From: Alphaproteobacteria bacterium
GTDB taxonomy: Bacteria > Pseudomonadota > Alphaproteobacteria > Rickettsiales > UBA3002
Length of the DNA: 64,000 nt
Direction: 5' to 3'
Assembly: GCA_035911175.1 (NCBI GenBank)
Contig: JAMHWA010000067.1
Span: 22,784 to 86,783, forward strand
A model generated the notes under the pieces. The model ran no database searches. It was not told the DNA's origin and saw only the letters and a list, made by a program, of their open reading frames with translations. Shown here piece after piece: positions 62,831 through 64,000 of the stretch. How positions within the stretch are numbered: the stretch's first letter is position 1; each line of letters opens with the position of its first letter. The position numbers and the translations under genes are program-made.

Positions 62831-63349
62831 TTACGCACCCTTCTTGGCATAGGCCCCGAAAACGCGCGCCAACTGGCCAGCCGGCGCCTGAAGCACGCCT
62901 GCAATGCGAGTTGCGGGCGTTTGCAGCATCGCAATGATTTTAGCACGCAATTCATCAAGGCTTGGCAACGATGCCAACTGATTGATTGCTGCCTTATCAA
63001 GGACAGTGTTGCCAAATGCGCCGCCGACCAGCACCAGTTTTTCGTTCTTCTTCGCAAACTCGCTCAGGGCTTTTGCTGCCGATACGGGATCCGTTGCATA
63101 AGCAACAGCCGTCGGCCCCTTGAACAAGTGCGACACTTTTTCGTAATTCGTACCCACCAGCGCACGCTTCACGAGCAGGTTCTTGGTCACCTTGAAGTGA
63201 GCACCTGCTGCGCGGATTTTGATGCGCAAGTCGGTGATCTCTGCCACGGTGAGGCCCTTGTAATGCGCCACAAGCAAAATGCCTGCGTCTTTTACCTGAG
63301 CGTTCGTGTCATCGATCGATTGTTGTTTAAATGCACGTGTCTTAGCCAT
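62831..63349 (-). CDS. rplJ: 50S ribosomal protein L10
   Basis: 172 aa with ...LLVAHYKGLTVAEITDLR...VTKN.L..RAL. Confidence 0.95.
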   Translation of the reverse strand: MAKTRAFKQQSIDDTNAQVKDAGILLVAHYKGLTVAEITDLRIKIRAAGAHFKVTKNLLVKRALVGTNYEKVSHLFKGPTAVAYATDPVSAAKALSEFAKKNEKLVLVGGAFGNTVLDKAAINQLASLPSLDELRAKIIAMLQTPATRIAGVLQAPAGQLARVFGAYAKKGA

Positions 63350-63359
63350 GTCTATCTCC

Positions 63360-64000
63360 CTACGCTACCAAGCCGAGCACTTCCGTGAGATCCAGCGTAA
63401 TGCCAGGGCCCATGGTTGCCGAGATGGAGATTTTCTTGATGTAATTGCCTTTAACACCCGCTGGCTGAGCACGCTTAACCGCGCCAATGAAGCTCAACAG
63501 GTTTTCAGAAATCTCTTTTTCGCCGAAGCCAACTTTGCCGACGCCCGCATGAATAATGCCAGCCTTCTCGACCTTGAACTCGACCTGACCCGCTTTCGCT
63601 GCCTTCACCGCCTTCTCAACATCGGGCGTTACCGTGCCGAGTTTAGGGTTTGGCATCAGGCCACGTGGCCCGAGGATCTTAGCGACCTTACCAACAACAC
63701 CCATCATATCAGGGGTTGCGATGCACACGTCGAAATTGATTTCGCCCTTAGCAATCGCGTCAGCCAATTCTTCAGCACCCACGATATCGGCGCCTGCTTT
63801 TTTGGCCAGCTCTACTTTGTCGCCTTTAGCAAATACGGCAACTTTCACCGTTTTACCCAGACCATGCGGCATCGGCACAACGCCGCGCACCATTTGGTCG
63901 GATTGCGTAGGGTCAACACCGAGGTTGATTGCCACGTCCACCGTTTGGTTGAACTTTGGCGCGCCTTCTTTCAGCAATGCCACGGCTTCTTTCAGCGCGT
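63360..64000 (-). CDS. rplA: 50S ribosomal protein L1 (N-terminus beyond window edge)
   Basis: [22 protein letters not shown]...LPHGLGK...GAEEL. The frame stays open to position 64000. Confidence 0.93.
   Translation of the reverse strand, partial: ALKEAVALLKEGAPKFNQTVDVAINLGVDPTQSDQMVRGVVPMPHGLGKTVKVAVFAKGDKVELAKKAGADIVGAEELADAIAKGEINFDVCIATPDMMGVVGKVAKILGPRGLMPNPKLGTVTPDVEKAVKAAKAGQVEFKVEKAGIIHAGVGKVGFGEKEISENLLSFIGAVKRAQPAGVKGNYIKKISISATMGPGITLDLTEVLGLVA

Overview
This window looks like a densely packed alphaproteobacterial chromosomal core. The evidence is gene content and order: rplA-rplJ-rplL-rpoB-rpoC, rpsF-rpsR-rplI-dnaB, fabD-fabG-acpP-fabF, secA, aspS, argJ, ahcY, folD, a DivL-type kinase and a fatty-acid beta-oxidation cluster. 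I could not determine the species. I saw no tRNA, rRNA, CRISPR array, transposase or integrase. About a dozen orphan genes with no family I recognise are wedged between the housekeeping genes. Main hunt result: four orphan loci (starts at 16999 on the minus strand, 27128, 30503 and 41288) are each preceded by the same 18-bp tandem direct repeat, TTGTCAC-N4-CTGTCAY, with an 11-bp period. This has the architecture of a Pho box, the site type read by OmpR/PhoB-family regulators. At three of the four sites the box ends 21-22 nt upstream of an extended -10 element (TGnTAnnnT). At one site the predicted transcript would be leaderless. This points to a co-regulated set of unknown proteins, possibly induced by phosphate starvation. 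Other notable items:
- A tandem duplication of a small orphan gene that carried along a 58-nt copy of the fadD 3' end. The copy is far better conserved than the orphan genes themselves.
- A visibly AT-rich single-gene insertion between fabD and fabG, flanked by duplicated junction sequence.
- A single protein with three XRE-type HTH domains.
- A REC-HPt protein in which both phospho-sites are replaced (Asp to Glu, His to Leu), next to a GGEEF cyclase.
- An OmpR-type winged-helix regulator with a degenerate receiver.
- A three-copy dispersed intergenic repeat.
All coordinates were counted by hand from the sequence or derived from the ORF track. Functions were assigned by recognising motifs and families from memory, without database searches.
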